Source: a virus. From it: a stretch of 64,000 nucleotides of DNA. The position numbers and the translations under genes are program-made. The notes beneath the pieces are model-generated. The model was given only the letters and a program-made list of their open reading frames with translations. It searched no databases and was not told the DNA's origin. Numbering within the stretch: the first letter of the stretch is position 1; the number at the start of each line of letters is the position of its first letter. Location: positions 32,001 to 96,000 of IMG/VR virus record IMGVR_UViG_3300022752_000018. One strand, written 5' to 3'. Of the stretch, positions 37,301 to 43,942 are shown in pieces.

Positions 37301-40300
37301 CCAAATAATACATAGTTGTCATCTACAAATTGTACAACTGAATCTTTGATAGATTCCTTATTAGCTTGTAGGCTTCTATGAGCATTCACTAGATTTGGGT
37401 CAACCCATGATAAGTCTGGAGTGCTTGAAATTGTTCTTAATGCTGTAGTTAGATTTTCATCATTAGCATCGTCAATTAATTTAAGAATTAATTTAACGCA
37501 AGTTTCCATATCTAAAGCAGCACTTAAACTACCATCACTACCATTTGGACTACGAACTTGTAAAGTATTATTTCCAACTGTTGGTGTCCACTCTAGGTCT
37601 TGTGCTACTGATACTACTAAGTTTCTCAAATATGAATAAGCTCTTAATGTAGCTGTTACTTCATCACTTTGTGTTCCAGCTAGGTCTAATTGACTTAGTG
37701 TACCTGCAACATAACTTCTACCAGCTATTTCAGACTCTAATGTACCACCATATGTTGTGTCATAGAATAAGGCATCAAGAATATAGTCTAAATCACGACG
37801 ACATTTTGTTAAATCAAATCCTGTTGGTACTGGGAAATCAACAGCTGATTTGATTTTCTCAAAACGCATTCCAGTAGTTTTACCTGTTGAACCACCAAAT
37901 GTTACTAGTTCGCTGCCATCTAAGTTAGCCAACTTAAATTCTGTAGTTCTTGTGATAGAATTTGTTGTTGTATTAGTTGGTGTGCCTACTACTTTATACA
38001 CTGTTGGATTTGAATATCCATTAATTGTACTTAGGCCAAACATCTTACCACTAACACGAACTAAATCTCCAGCTGCTAATACTACTGGATCTGTCAAATC
38101 TGTATAATTAACAGTAAATGTACCATCTTTACGGTATGTGTTTACTGTTACACCATTTGTTGTTGTTGAGCTCACAAACTTATGTACTACTTCAGCTGTG
38201 ATCAATTGTAAACCAGGTGTATTGATGTATGTAATAACATCATCAATAATAAAGTCTCTGTTCTTTTCAACTAGATCACGAGCACGTTTGTATTCAATAC
38301 TACGTCCTGAAGATGGGAAAGGAATCATAAACTTAGGTACAGCATCCTCACCTTTGTCTAAGATTTCTAAAATAATATCCATATTACGTTGAACACTATT
38401 AACTGCTAGTGAATTTGCCTTAACAAGTTCCACAGCTAATTTTTTCAAGTGCTTGAATGAACCAAGAGTAGCTAATTTTTGGCTACCTGTTACCTTGGCT
38501 GTATTTGCTCTTAGATATGAACGTCCAGCACTAATACTACGGAAGTTACTGACAAACATCAAATCATAACTAAGTGCATCAACAATTAGTCCAACATCAC
38601 GAGCACATTTTTCTTTATCAAATTGATTTAGTGTAAAGTTTGCATCTATATATGATACAACTTCTTCTTTAATAAAATTATAATTCTTACGTAAAATATT
38701 TACGGCTGTATAGCGATCAATATCCTCCTCACTGGTTCTCATTGGTACAGGATATGTGATTGCTCCATTATCTACACCAAAACCAGCAGATTCACTAACA
38801 CTATATCCACTATCTGGACTATAACTTATACCATTTACTTTAGCATTCGTAATAATTTGACCTAAATCATTAACTCTTGCACCATCTAAGATATCAATAA
38901 CAATATCAAATCTTGTACTAATTTCTTCTTTAGCGCTTGGAGCAACAATTCTCTGTAGTGTTATTGCCTTTGCAGCTTTCAAACTGGCTACTGTCTGTAC
39001 TTTTTGTGCGCCGACTACTTCACTGGCGTAGGCACGAAGATAGCTGATAGCAGCAGTAATAGTTTTATAATTACTACCAAAAATCATATCACTTAAGATA
39101 GCATCTAGAATTAATCCTACGTCTCTATAGCATTTTGGCTTGTTAAAACTAAAATTATCAAAAAAGCTATTAGCCATAAACTTAATTGTTTCTGTCTTAA
39201 TATCTTCTTTAGCCGCTAAAACCGCATCACGAATAGCCTTATATGTCGCTGGCTGATAGGTTGTTGTTGGAAATGCTGTTGTAGTTGTACCTAATGTTAG
39301 GTCTGTAGCAGTGTTAACACGAGCAAATTGTGTATCGCCATCACTGATTGTATACCAATTAATATTGATATAGGCCAACATTTCAGCACGGATAAATTCA
39401 CGGTTAGCCATCAACAAATTAAATGCACGAACTTTATTTGTATCTGTGGTTGCTGTTAGCCCAATTGGTTGCTTAAGTCTTTGAATACTATCTTCACTGT
39501 TATTTGGACCTTCTATTAATATCTCATTGATAATATCAATTAAATTACCTACTGCCACAACTTCACTGCCTGTAGCTGCTGGTAGATCGATACGCTGTGG
39601 TACTGCACCTTGCCATGGATTTGGAACTGGGCTACATGTCAATACGTCACGTAATAGTTCTTTCATGTATTTGTAAGCATTTACTGTTTGTTTTATCTGA
39701 TTTGGAAGTACGCTCTTTAATACATTTTTTTCTTCATTAAAGTCGTAATAGAAAATACCGGCAGTTACTGCTTGACGATTACCTCCATGTACTAGATCAA
39801 AGCACACACTATCAATAATAAATCCTATGTCTCTAGCACACTTTACTTTATCATAATCAAATCCAGGATATGCTCTTGATAGATATAATACAACATCATT
39901 TTTAATAAATTCTTTATTAGCCTGTAGTAAAGCATATGCCTTATCTAAACCGTCATCACTTAAACGGCTACCGTTTGGCTGGATAAAATCACTTGTGCCA
40001 ACAATTTCTGTTTCAAGTTGTTTTAAGAATAAACTAAACAAGCCACCTAGTTTGTTTACCTGTGTTTGAGTAGTTGCTACTAGATCAACAGAAGGAGTAC
40101 CTACTGCAAACTTTTGTAATACAGTATTTTGACCGCCTTCGATTGGATCTAAAATTACCACACGCTGAGCTAATAATTGAGCACGTCCAAACGAATCTAT
40201 TGTGGCAGGAACTTCCTCACTGCTCTTTAATTGACTTAGGCCACTAGCATAGTTAAAATATCTTTTAGCTGCGTCTAATGTTTGACTATTACCACCATAT

Positions 40301-42273
40301 ACTATATCATAACATATAGCATCAATAGCATAGCCAACATCACGGCCACAAGTTTCTTGGCTATAATTATAGGCTACAATATTTGGTAAATTATTGTTAA
40401 TATAATCAATTACTTCAGCTACAATAAATGGTTTATTTGCTTGTAGATTTTTTACTAGATTAAGCACTGCATCTTCTGTATCTTGTTGACCTGGGAATTT
40501 AATACGATAGTCAGCTATTGCTGCATTAGTATTGGTAGGATCAATAATAGCTTGAATAAATGCCTTACCACCAAGAGCGCTCGCACTTGTGTTATTTGGT
40601 GATAATGCTCTTGTTACGATTTCAAAACTTGATTGTACTCTTGCTAATAGTGTTGCATCTTCTTGTACTATTGGAACAATCTTATCTCTAACAAACTTGT
40701 ATGCTTCGATAGTAGCTGTTTCTTGTCCTTGTGCTACTGTATAAGTATTTGCCACTGCTGTCAAGTACGTAATTGCAGCCTTAATTGTTTTATAATTTGT
40801 ACCAAGAATCATGTCATCTACTACAGCTTCAATAACAAGTGTAATATCACGCTTACATTTGGATGTGACAAAGGCTAAGCTAGAATAATTTTTCTTTAAA
40901 AAGTCAATAGCTTCGTCAGCAATTTGTGCCTTTCTATCTAGTACAGTTTCTCTTAATATTTTATATTCTGGTTCTGCTGCATCAAGATCAGGACCAATTA
41001 ATAAAGAAGGACTTTTTGGGCCTTCTGTTACTATTCTACTAATAATGTTAAATTCATCAGTAATAATTCTTTTAGCTGTATCACTACCTGCTGGTAAAGA
41101 TGTATTTTGTATAACATTATTTCCGGTACTGGTAAAAGCTTGAGCCTTAACTACAGATCTAGCGGCTATCAGAGCACGTTGGATGGCCGCTGCTGTTTGT
41201 TCTTGCTGTTGTATACCTGTAGTAATATCATCCTTAGCCCAATAACGTAGACCACTGAATGTACTTTGTGTAGTACCTTCATATAATAAGTCAAAGGCTA
41301 AACTATCTACTATAAGGCCATTATCTCTATCACAGGTTTTTTGGTTGTAATCGGCAAAAAGTACACCATCACCAATGTTTGGACGCTTGGCTAAATTCTT
41401 AAATGTGATCTGACGACCAGCTGACTTCTTAACAACACCACGATATAATGGATCACTGGCACCACGACTAACTAGACCGTAGTTACCAAATGAGCTGTTT
41501 GACAAGTTAACTGAACAGAAACCACCGTTCTCACACATAAAGCTGATGTCACAGCAAATTGTAAAGATGGACACCAACTGTGTGTTACCTCTGTTCAACA
41601 TGTGAATACCAATACCACCTTGGTTGTACTGTGTAAACGCATCACAAACCATTGAACGTAGACCAGTTGTCACTGCACCGTCAACACGCATACCTGTACC
41701 AGTAGTTGTAATACTTGTAACAGCCTGTGTGTATGGTGATGTTACGATTTCACCAGCACTTCCGTCTGGTGGGAAACATACCGCAGCACTTGGTGCAATA
41801 TGTCCTTTAAAATTCATACAAAAGATATAAGCGCCATTATATACCCAGAAGATATCCTTGGTTGGGTTCTTTGGACGAACTGTGGTGTTACGCAAGTTGT
41901 CACCAACAACTGACACACGAGCTGGAACACGTAATGGGTTGTCTTCAATATATTCCCCACTCTTTAAGAATATAGTTGTGCCAGGAGTCGCTATGCTCAG
42001 TGCCTTCTTTAGTGTCAAAAAAGCTTGACCTAATGTCTTTCCGCTGTTGCTGTCATCACCATTCTTGGCCACATAAAGTACATTAGGTACTTCAGTTGCG
42101 CCGATCTCGATGATCTTCTGAATAGCAGCGAAACCTTCTGGTTGTTTAATTTCTTGTTTAGTGAAAAGTTTACCATCGGCTGTATTAAGTGCTAACTCGC
42201 CTAGGTCAATGCTATCTAGTGATGGTACTTTGCCAGGTATATCACTACGCTTAAATCTAATATTTGTGCTCAT
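22312..42273 (-). CDS. Giant virion-type protein (6,653 aa): fibre-like N-terminal tag, beta-helix segment, 34 C-x-R-D phycobiliprotein-like repeats, short conserved C-terminal cap
   Basis: Single ORF in the track, with SD AAAGGA. N-terminus IRFKRSDIPGKVP...LGELALNTADGKLF resembles T4-type fibre N-termini. LYVAKNGDDSNSG...TLKKAL...IFLKSGEY.E.NPL is a pectin-lyase-like beta-helix cap. Repeats are described under findings. Confidence 0.93.
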   Translation of the reverse strand: MSTNIRFKRSDIPGKVPSLDSIDLGELALNTADGKLFTKQEIKQPEGFAAIQKIIEIGATEVPNVLYVAKNGDDSNSGKTLGQAFLTLKKALSIATPGTTIFLKSGEYIEDNPLRVPARVSVVGDNLRNTTVRPKNPTKDIFWVYNGAYIFCMNFKGHIAPSAAVCFPPDGSAGEIVTSPYTQAVTSITTTGTGMRVDGAVTTGLRSMVCDAFTQYNQGGIGIHMLNRGNTQLVSIFTICCDISFMCENGGFCSVNLSNSSFGNYGLVSRGASDPLYRGVVKKSAGRQITFKNLAKRPNIGDGVLFADYNQKTCDRDNGLIVDSLAFDLLYEGTTQSTFSGLRYWAKDDITTGIQQQEQTAAAIQRALIAARSVVKAQAFTSTGNNVIQNTSLPAGSDTAKRIITDEFNIISRIVTEGPKSPSLLIGPDLDAAEPEYKILRETVLDRKAQIADEAIDFLKKNYSSLAFVTSKCKRDITLVIEAVVDDMILGTNYKTIKAAITYLTAVANTYTVAQGQETATIEAYKFVRDKIVPIVQEDATLLARVQSSFEIVTRALSPNNTSASALGGKAFIQAIIDPTNTNAAIADYRIKFPGQQDTEDAVLNLVKNLQANKPFIVAEVIDYINNNLPNIVAYNYSQETCGRDVGYAIDAICYDIVYGGNSQTLDAAKRYFNYASGLSQLKSSEEVPATIDSFGRAQLLAQRVVILDPIEGGQNTVLQKFAVGTPSVDLVATTQTQVNKLGGLFSLFLKQLETEIVGTSDFIQPNGSRLSDDGLDKAYALLQANKEFIKNDVVLYLSRAYPGFDYDKVKCARDIGFIIDSVCFDLVHGGNRQAVTAGIFYYDFNEEKNVLKSVLPNQIKQTVNAYKYMKELLRDVLTCSPVPNPWQGAVPQRIDLPAATGSEVVAVGNLIDIINEILIEGPNNSEDSIQRLKQPIGLTATTDTNKVRAFNLLMANREFIRAEMLAYININWYTISDGDTQFARVNTATDLTLGTTTTAFPTTTYQPATYKAIRDAVLAAKEDIKTETIKFMANSFFDNFSFNKPKCYRDVGLILDAILSDMIFGSNYKTITAAISYLRAYASEVVGAQKVQTVASLKAAKAITLQRIVAPSAKEEISTRFDIVIDILDGARVNDLGQIITNAKVNGISYSPDSGYSVSESAGFGVDNGAITYPVPMRTSEEDIDRYTAVNILRKNYNFIKEEVVSYIDANFTLNQFDKEKCARDVGLIVDALSYDLMFVSNFRSISAGRSYLRANTAKVTGSQKLATLGSFKHLKKLAVELVKANSLAVNSVQRNMDIILEILDKGEDAVPKFMIPFPSSGRSIEYKRARDLVEKNRDFIIDDVITYINTPGLQLITAEVVHKFVSSTTTNGVTVNTYRKDGTFTVNYTDLTDPVVLAAGDLVRVSGKMFGLSTINGYSNPTVYKVVGTPTNTTTNSITRTTEFKLANLDGSELVTFGGSTGKTTGMRFEKIKSAVDFPVPTGFDLTKCRRDLDYILDALFYDTTYGGTLESEIAGRSYVAGTLSQLDLAGTQSDEVTATLRAYSYLRNLVVSVAQDLEWTPTVGNNTLQVRSPNGSDGSLSAALDMETCVKLILKLIDDANDENLTTALRTISSTPDLSWVDPNLVNAHRSLQANKESIKDSVVQFVDDNYVLFGYDRAKCARDVGYVIDAVKYDMLFNSNIRSIVAGRSYYRQMASVVVKDQKSATLASFQHLKEKLLEIVKPAITGNPTNAETTSQLRVARSMDIILSILENGLAVEPAFLVTDPTSGTGNAFVPDRRDLRNDIENNRTTIENSLITWINNNKATFNNPSYDENACRRDVEYILDALRYDLTYGGNLETRIAAAAYYGKTSDVGLALGTGEKALTIAAYAQLKTIIDDNTSASVTPANNLIDIITDYIDDTSITISAATVGKNYRITNLTGTTNAQWNTAAGTSGVTYAVGDIFTAAVTAGTGTGTVVLDLAPAVAPSTSWTDSGIKVFFDKLGVTATVNKLKTSVTEFVDFNFAYNRDKCARDVGFLIDALCYDVLYGGNVDTTQAAISYFDGAVTPKSIIPKQIIQTVAAYERLKEVLAEVVQLKDVKPTSKQFEAKQRVNSSFDLIIKLLKDGPNFTPKRPFVMPAPTSGAGTAADVDYLNAVKLISGNRNFLVAEVTGFIKNINTQLNGALSTSATTITVTSTEGFPEAGKLVIGTEVVTYTSKTSTTFTGVLRAQDGTKAGKYDTVNSTSSTPVYTDWPNNTTLKLIFDYDLDKCERDVGFLLDAVLYDLTYGGRTASHLAGKAYYDGTVKVAGTDTPDSLLGELDQSIAAYNYLGDLLEVVARGQSWATTIRNTKQNAVVQKFGQGDATGTAAAKAKSLLKEVIVPLIDGKVSTSALAADLPSTSWVDSKLVALSDAINLTSFRNAVKAEVNTLLTTKFDIGYAGAQKTQCEADIDDVIDSVRYDVMFGSNYRSQLAGNAYYRGFSGLSDVLGTGDRVITGTPVTAGSFVAGKKYKIVSLGTAGSLTDWNIAAGTTGVTYAVGDTFTAAVAGTGNGTVNLVVSGQKDGSVATFELLRDAILEKVALYTIEQNKTGSAGDSFAGAAAADLIQVVIASVDNNVADPTEDPADTDWVDQDLVDLSDALVDSKTGANGQPNVPTLVTDYIDDRFQGALTYNQSDCQEDIRSIIDAVRYDMMFNSNFRTITAARAYFRAVASKVVGEQKFATIEAFKFAKEKLSSIVSTNATALERVKDRMDLLINIVDKGEKAIPAYVLPSPTGYNTTRSGTVKYGFARNLIESNRDFIKSQVLKFLRTDPNLVDLDFVESTCARDLDLILDAVYYDMTYGGNMESIIAGGAYYRGTRAGDLSAPGQNATLPDQDEIDATISAFTKLKGYVELIAQGIDVSDIQVIFPQVTGEAGSVAGAQTAKNLAFVIRDFVRTGYTWKGSWKNSSTYVARDLVVFEGTFWVAKQTNKEQTPFIGSAYWSKENISTPDISWVEEDLKNANTMIELMKTNDDANTGYSGRNSIQSQITEWVRLQLDAARFNASPVAITDPASGPLREFGSLAPSSNDIVAVGTWTDWFVVIPVTSIVQGETYKIADFGTTTTWANHRASGNTAAVGDEFVANNTPGTGNGKVVRVLKASDMVAGRRYKIKSPGSPVTSWTTYSTGTFAATVDSTFIATGAPTAATGEGTVYEMFTYDIEKCERDVLLTLDAIRYDLMFGSSFRTSTVARSYWRQQSASALATGTTTNSVYPQKEQSALLFTFLKTILQRLPARYPTFVAYQKGEGQIPGITSGGRPYNRITQLMDLLISVIRAANLTTVNGLLNLPSKQLPLPVGGNNNANDLGIRKARDLIEANRDFLKAEVIDWIDEQQRQNREGFQNNPAGIYSTDFSFDRKQCNEDLDLVLDAIFYDLTYGGNMESNWAGQAYYAGTSQKSLPDDEIEATIRAYNYLGNLIFDVARSSLAKSYQKSLEQIKGTAGSIETSQRLGELVDIVINVVKGGVKQVPLRVNPDFLAGDETLAYVRIAVQEQKAELQARIADYIDSFILQYNTEKCARDVGLILDAAMYDMVLNSNFQSITAGSVYLQKAANVVTSTQIGPQLQAIKFIRDRVIEISQKPPLVKNEAAIGRITNLFDVMFDIIDKGVEVAPPVVNVPPIGAAFNPNAVNAANSLIANKEFLKEEVVAYITANYKTYDQSRCSRDVGLIIDAALYDLLLGTNYNSVKAGLAYRRATSSLVITDQLQETLGGIDFAKQKVVELLDDADAIASITRSFELISSIIGGGSVPTARVPLPGGSVYALARPAGIVNRDSSFKVAADAILTAKGTLQTAVTTWISTQVSSAAVGSIWSSFTYDDDKCEEDIGFLLDAVAYDLIYGGNMETMVAGKAYYDGTVFTNAGEIPATVAAYTYLSEQVLATVNTALGASTNTLAATEARDLVLQVRNLIEAGAGAVATTVLPNQVWVNPLLQEISTTIVQEKPRLQDVIIDYVNNINTFTSISPVVDYDQAKCRRDVGLVLDAIRYDLMFNTSFRTISAGRSYRRSFASVITGTQAAANISAFKELKERVLGKKLVGVTITSTSGQFSCTAPVTDLLQPIKKNQPIRVSGVYGTGAGTLENYTNIGTQPKTYYVIGNPTTTSFQLSEEVDGAPIDTTLGTAGSTAGLTFEIRPSLESLDEVITQGLSDIETLDAETTAEALVVGREYKITSTGKTLVQAGGFIVGGKYQIVYGTGSTTDFTQLGAADNNSGTIFTATGSGTGTGTAYYYTDYRTFGARNNTVGTVFVATGTPNTATGGSGSVQTISFRQRAERLFDIFLAILASDNTALNNLGFNAAADSTPDKPGGSGKYYLITPPSITVNDFDTQAEYDAAAADQNSRIAARNDINTNRQTIEDNLITFINTERTNQNGNFNGLVYTESTCRKDIKLILDAITYDLTFGGNQETIVAGKAYYDGTALPGDDRLATIDAYKQLKTLIAAQTAAGAGETAALKLVDDIISFIDQRIEEPAAIEADTSWVDSELYVFSDKLKAAANTVAKATTDYVNANFAGLVYDVDKCQRDVKLIIDAVRWDMMFNSNFRTIVAARSYYRAQASTVVGNQKLATQKAFEVVKVALDDLVKTDKVAQDRVAALMDIVINLLSAANETAALATLPAVSTPYGGTPNASDIGFLNARDRIEENRHFILEDMRSYLLSTGGAGGNGGAGLVNLTSFGGGFTTDECLRDVGLILDAVRYDLTYGGNLETVLAAKAYYSGTVLGASPPNAAHITATKNAFARLATVVENVAKNTAHTTISAGTAAFAGPSQIRANAPGSTDAAKKASDLVKTIVSALTLVNASALVPGQKYVIIELGTSVNWTDMGASASPAVGQTFVKNSTPYSGTSGGTALPDYLTEIDEVRPSTSWVDNNLALIASTMLDRKNSLALQVTDYVNAQFPGFSYTAETCQRDVKLVTEAVRYDMMFGTNFRSWTAGKAYYRNMTSAGVVTTTQKAATLAAFRFLKGLLVEITGNNVTAALRVKGAMNVVIDVLEFGETTRNANNTVIRKAVDAIEANRANLLTYMGSWLDTNVTNTFGNNYSKTTCLRDLGYLIDAIKYDLTYGGNMETCVAGRSYYDGVVLEGVAGSGSTSADHVDKTQAAFTALGTRIKTYSDVDQYMVDPMIDALINNVNALIDDDSLDTEVYADASWSEVAIQEVSVAIRSQTDAIKTQVTNYVDTNFPALVYNKTKCARDVGLLIDAVRWDMLFNSNFRSITAGRSYYRSVTQGVDLNLAADALASLNQKQATIAAFTYLKQVLMGIAASNAISKERITDNMDIILQIIETGLGNQATPTITYSGVSNAEREKANAILLANKTFIKNEVIAYINKTYTKINYDEALCARDVEFLTYAVAYDMVTGSNYHTVTAARSYLRQYASNVLTDQQKHITLLAFKYLKNLLINYVGGNADAVASIKASMNIIIDTINAESVTGLPAVVVPTANVTTTADQVALNGWLLNANNIANAKAAGITASNNSGGGNAAKCNRDIGYVLEALTHDITYGGNWASIIAAKAYRNGTGTIQLTNAGEEAATIAAFNGVRDYIINNSSAPADLDARVTALIAIITGVVFSATYTVPAVEYPELLGSRNALEAARNILISNVANAKAKTIRWVNNRSYFVYEVQKCERDIGLILDAVFTDMVTGSNFLSVQAGRSYLRASASGALASAQKWAILAGLTQAKSIVSSVVSTNSDAISAVRAKLSVVIDIINDETDANVTLLYPTDTTTASGAASRKNASAAIVTNKSTLVSGVISGLSLTAGAQTNKCTRDLNYVVDALAHDVLYGGNWGVTVAAKSYYEGTATVNLGSGEKAPTKAAFESLATNIKALVNVDATADGYVDTLIAIITGVLDTDTDATNAAQAKALVIGAPSTAGGATNLVSAFTTLVASKEATQFKIFEYINSREYLDYTGTTVTKCERDVDLILDALAADIPAASNYKSIKAAQAYLRSYSKVVTSEQKQATIGSLYLIKRLVSQSTTGSVKTDARALMDTIIDIVDRGVIATPALVITTTAATNPRAVDNTLVSYSNFIKAEVRAYLDRNYPELDYNKIKCERDVQYIIDALRYDMAYGVNAETIEAALSYWEGNQLTLGSHPNNIDDIDITGGEDEKVATIAAYQFLADLVGIILNNSAYTPLQDVVSKGTHTTGAASKASAAEAAVDSLVLVVNNPDSTLASANTVANVQRTASNVTVNATINGLKTSVSQANGVTASASSMKANVSFDIKRAFVNTLGDATQATGSSVQFFVYNEAKCGRDVEFIVEALAFDALYGGNKESRTAALEYAYKGGLMIPLATKGPTVGGFTHLKNIIDDIVDGTSLTATTGNSTLQTRTDPSSLTGVSDLVQITLDVIRGGATAAPALVDPVFADVDNFKPDNLIVRAIVRDSIPTIAENTITFINETYAGFGYLQDTCKRDVGLTIDALAYDLIYGGNSRTKFAAEQYYSGGRFQIPADSKSATVACFVYLDALARKVVLNDAIVTAQNYVDQDKSNPKATDGEVTNITTLMDAFTDILTNGYISVLQLDATFNGSVDDNTYATFHQVSTITTTGHTLEWVGTGIDVDSALPYNGGVPKPENQLVSDKGGFINFTSTDEKGDFRIGPDLTIKRDSGSIIGRAFNKSLLGVVTPYILALQS
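22650..41400 (-). repeat. Array of 34 helical repeats, consensus Y/F-D-x-x-K-C-x-R-D-V-G-L/Y-I-L/I-D-A-x-x-Y-D-L/M-x-x-(GGN|xSN)...A(G/A)-x-x-Y
   Basis: Hand count from the translation. The first Cys codon is at about 41332-41334 and the last at 22981-22983. Cys and the +3 Asp are present in all 34; the +2 Arg is replaced in five copies (CEAD, CQED, CNED, CEED, CRKD). Confidence 0.9.
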
Positions 42274-42309
42274 TTATATTCCTTTTTTGAATAAAGATTC
42301 ATACTTCAA

Positions 42310-42316
42310 TATTTAC
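42310..42316 (-). promoter_or_regulatory. Late-promoter-like box GTAAATA upstream of the 6,653-aa gene
   Basis: Lies in the 65-nt intergenic gap; the same TAAATA core recurs in other gaps. Confidence 0.5.
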
Positions 42317-42338
42317 CAAAATCGCTTAAAATACGCTT

Positions 42339-43934
42339 TTAGTACTCCCCACAGTCTATCATTGTATCTACCAACTTTCCCGCTTTAATATAACCTCCCA
42401 CGTTCAAGTCTCTAGTAATTTGTGTATCGCCCTCTACTGCTAATTCATTTTGTACTTTCATTGAATCCTCTACCTCCAAGTTACTACTAACTCTGGCTTC
42501 ACCTTCAACATACAAACTATTGTTTACATCCACTATCCCATCAACTGTTAGCCTATTGCCGAAAGTTGTAGTGCCATCTACTATCAAATTATTATTAACA
42601 TTGGTTACACCTTGTTGGCTACCAATCTCAATATTTGTTGCCTCACCAGCAAAATTCACGTTCTTAGCCGTTTCATTTGCTAGATTAAATGTTTCTGTGC
42701 TGACTGTTAAGTCACCACCATCAATGTTGACATCTCCGTCAACATCTAAATTATTGTTAACATTGGTAACACCTTGACTACTACCAATCTCAATTACAGT
42801 AGCATCACCAGCAAAGTTCACTGTGGTTGCTACTTGGTTGGCCAAGTTAAATGTTGTAGTGCTAACTGTTAAATCACCACCATCAATATTAAGATCACCA
42901 TCAACATCTAAATCTTCACCGATATGGAAACTTCCATCTACGTTTAAATCACCATCAACATCTAAATCATTTCGAACATTTGTTGTACCTGTTGTTGCAC
43001 CAAGTATAATACTGGTTGCTGCTTGAGCAAAGTTCACTGTAGTAGCAGCATCTGGAATTAAATTAAATGTAGTACTAGTTGTTTTAAGTTCATCACCATC
43101 AATAACAACATCACCATCTACTTCTAAATTGTTATTAATATTAGTAGTACCGGTAGAAGCACCAATCTCTATGGTAGTAGCATTACCGCCAAAATTAATA
43201 GTTGTAGCAGTTGTGTTTAAAAGATTAAACACACTTTGATTAGTAGTTAAATCACCACCTTGTATTTCTAAATCTTTCTTAATTACAGCATTTTCTTCTA
43301 CAACAATATCGCCTTTTAAAGTAATTAATGTTGCTGGTAATGAAGAAACCATATTGGTAGTTTCTACTTTAAAAACACTATTAAATCCTTTTGGTCCTAC
43401 ATACCTCCAACCAGAAATATAAATCACACTGCTTGGAGTCATTCCTATAGGAATTGCATTATCACCAAAAAAGTTCAATACCCCTGCCTGATAATCAAAA
43501 AACCATTCTCCAGATAGTGCTGATCCATCCGCAAATATCTGTGTACCGCCATTTTTTGGATTCGATAGATTTGGGGGGCCATAAAAAACTTTAACCCTAT
43601 ACGTATTAATACTATTGAATGGATCAAATTCAGGAGGTATCCAATCTGTTAAACCAGTTTTCCAAGTTGGATATACATCATTTACTTTTACACTATTAGT
43701 ATCAGGTACACATTTGATACTTTTATCTTCTAAGTAACTCTGTAATAATCCAATTGTAGGACTTGCTGATTCTGGTATCAAATATGAATTGATCCATAAT
43801 GTATCACCTCTATTTAAACTGGGGCTTGGTATAGACTCATTGCTCGGACTTTTACGTAGAGGTGTATCTGTCTTAGCAACACCTACTAATTTCTTTAACA
43901 ATAAATCTACTTTTGTTTCAAGTGATACAGTCAT
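42339..43934 (-). CDS. Putative fibre protein (531 aa) with four ~54-aa beta-repeat units; N-terminus paralogous to 17146-18570
   Basis: Repeats LDVDGD.NIDGGDLTVST.TFNLAN..A..VNFAG.AT.IEIGS.QGVTNVNNN, DNA period 162 bp (42601 vs 42763); ends IDCGEY. Confidence 0.85.
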   Translation of the reverse strand: MTVSLETKVDLLLKKLVGVAKTDTPLRKSPSNESIPSPSLNRGDTLWINSYLIPESASPTIGLLQSYLEDKSIKCVPDTNSVKVNDVYPTWKTGLTDWIPPEFDPFNSINTYRVKVFYGPPNLSNPKNGGTQIFADGSALSGEWFFDYQAGVLNFFGDNAIPIGMTPSSVIYISGWRYVGPKGFNSVFKVETTNMVSSLPATLITLKGDIVVEENAVIKKDLEIQGGDLTTNQSVFNLLNTTATTINFGGNATTIEIGASTGTTNINNNLEVDGDVVIDGDELKTTSTTFNLIPDAATTVNFAQAATSIILGATTGTTNVRNDLDVDGDLNVDGSFHIGEDLDVDGDLNIDGGDLTVSTTTFNLANQVATTVNFAGDATVIEIGSSQGVTNVNNNLDVDGDVNIDGGDLTVSTETFNLANETAKNVNFAGEATNIEIGSQQGVTNVNNNLIVDGTTTFGNRLTVDGIVDVNNSLYVEGEARVSSNLEVEDSMKVQNELAVEGDTQITRDLNVGGYIKAGKLVDTMIDCGEY

Positions 43935-43942
43935 TTCTTATC

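Noticed and set aside
22312-42273. Genuine cyanobacterial cpc/apc phycobilisome operon
   Set aside because: The repeats are fused in one phage-type ORF with fibre-like ends; there are no separate ~17-kDa subunit, linker or lyase genes here.
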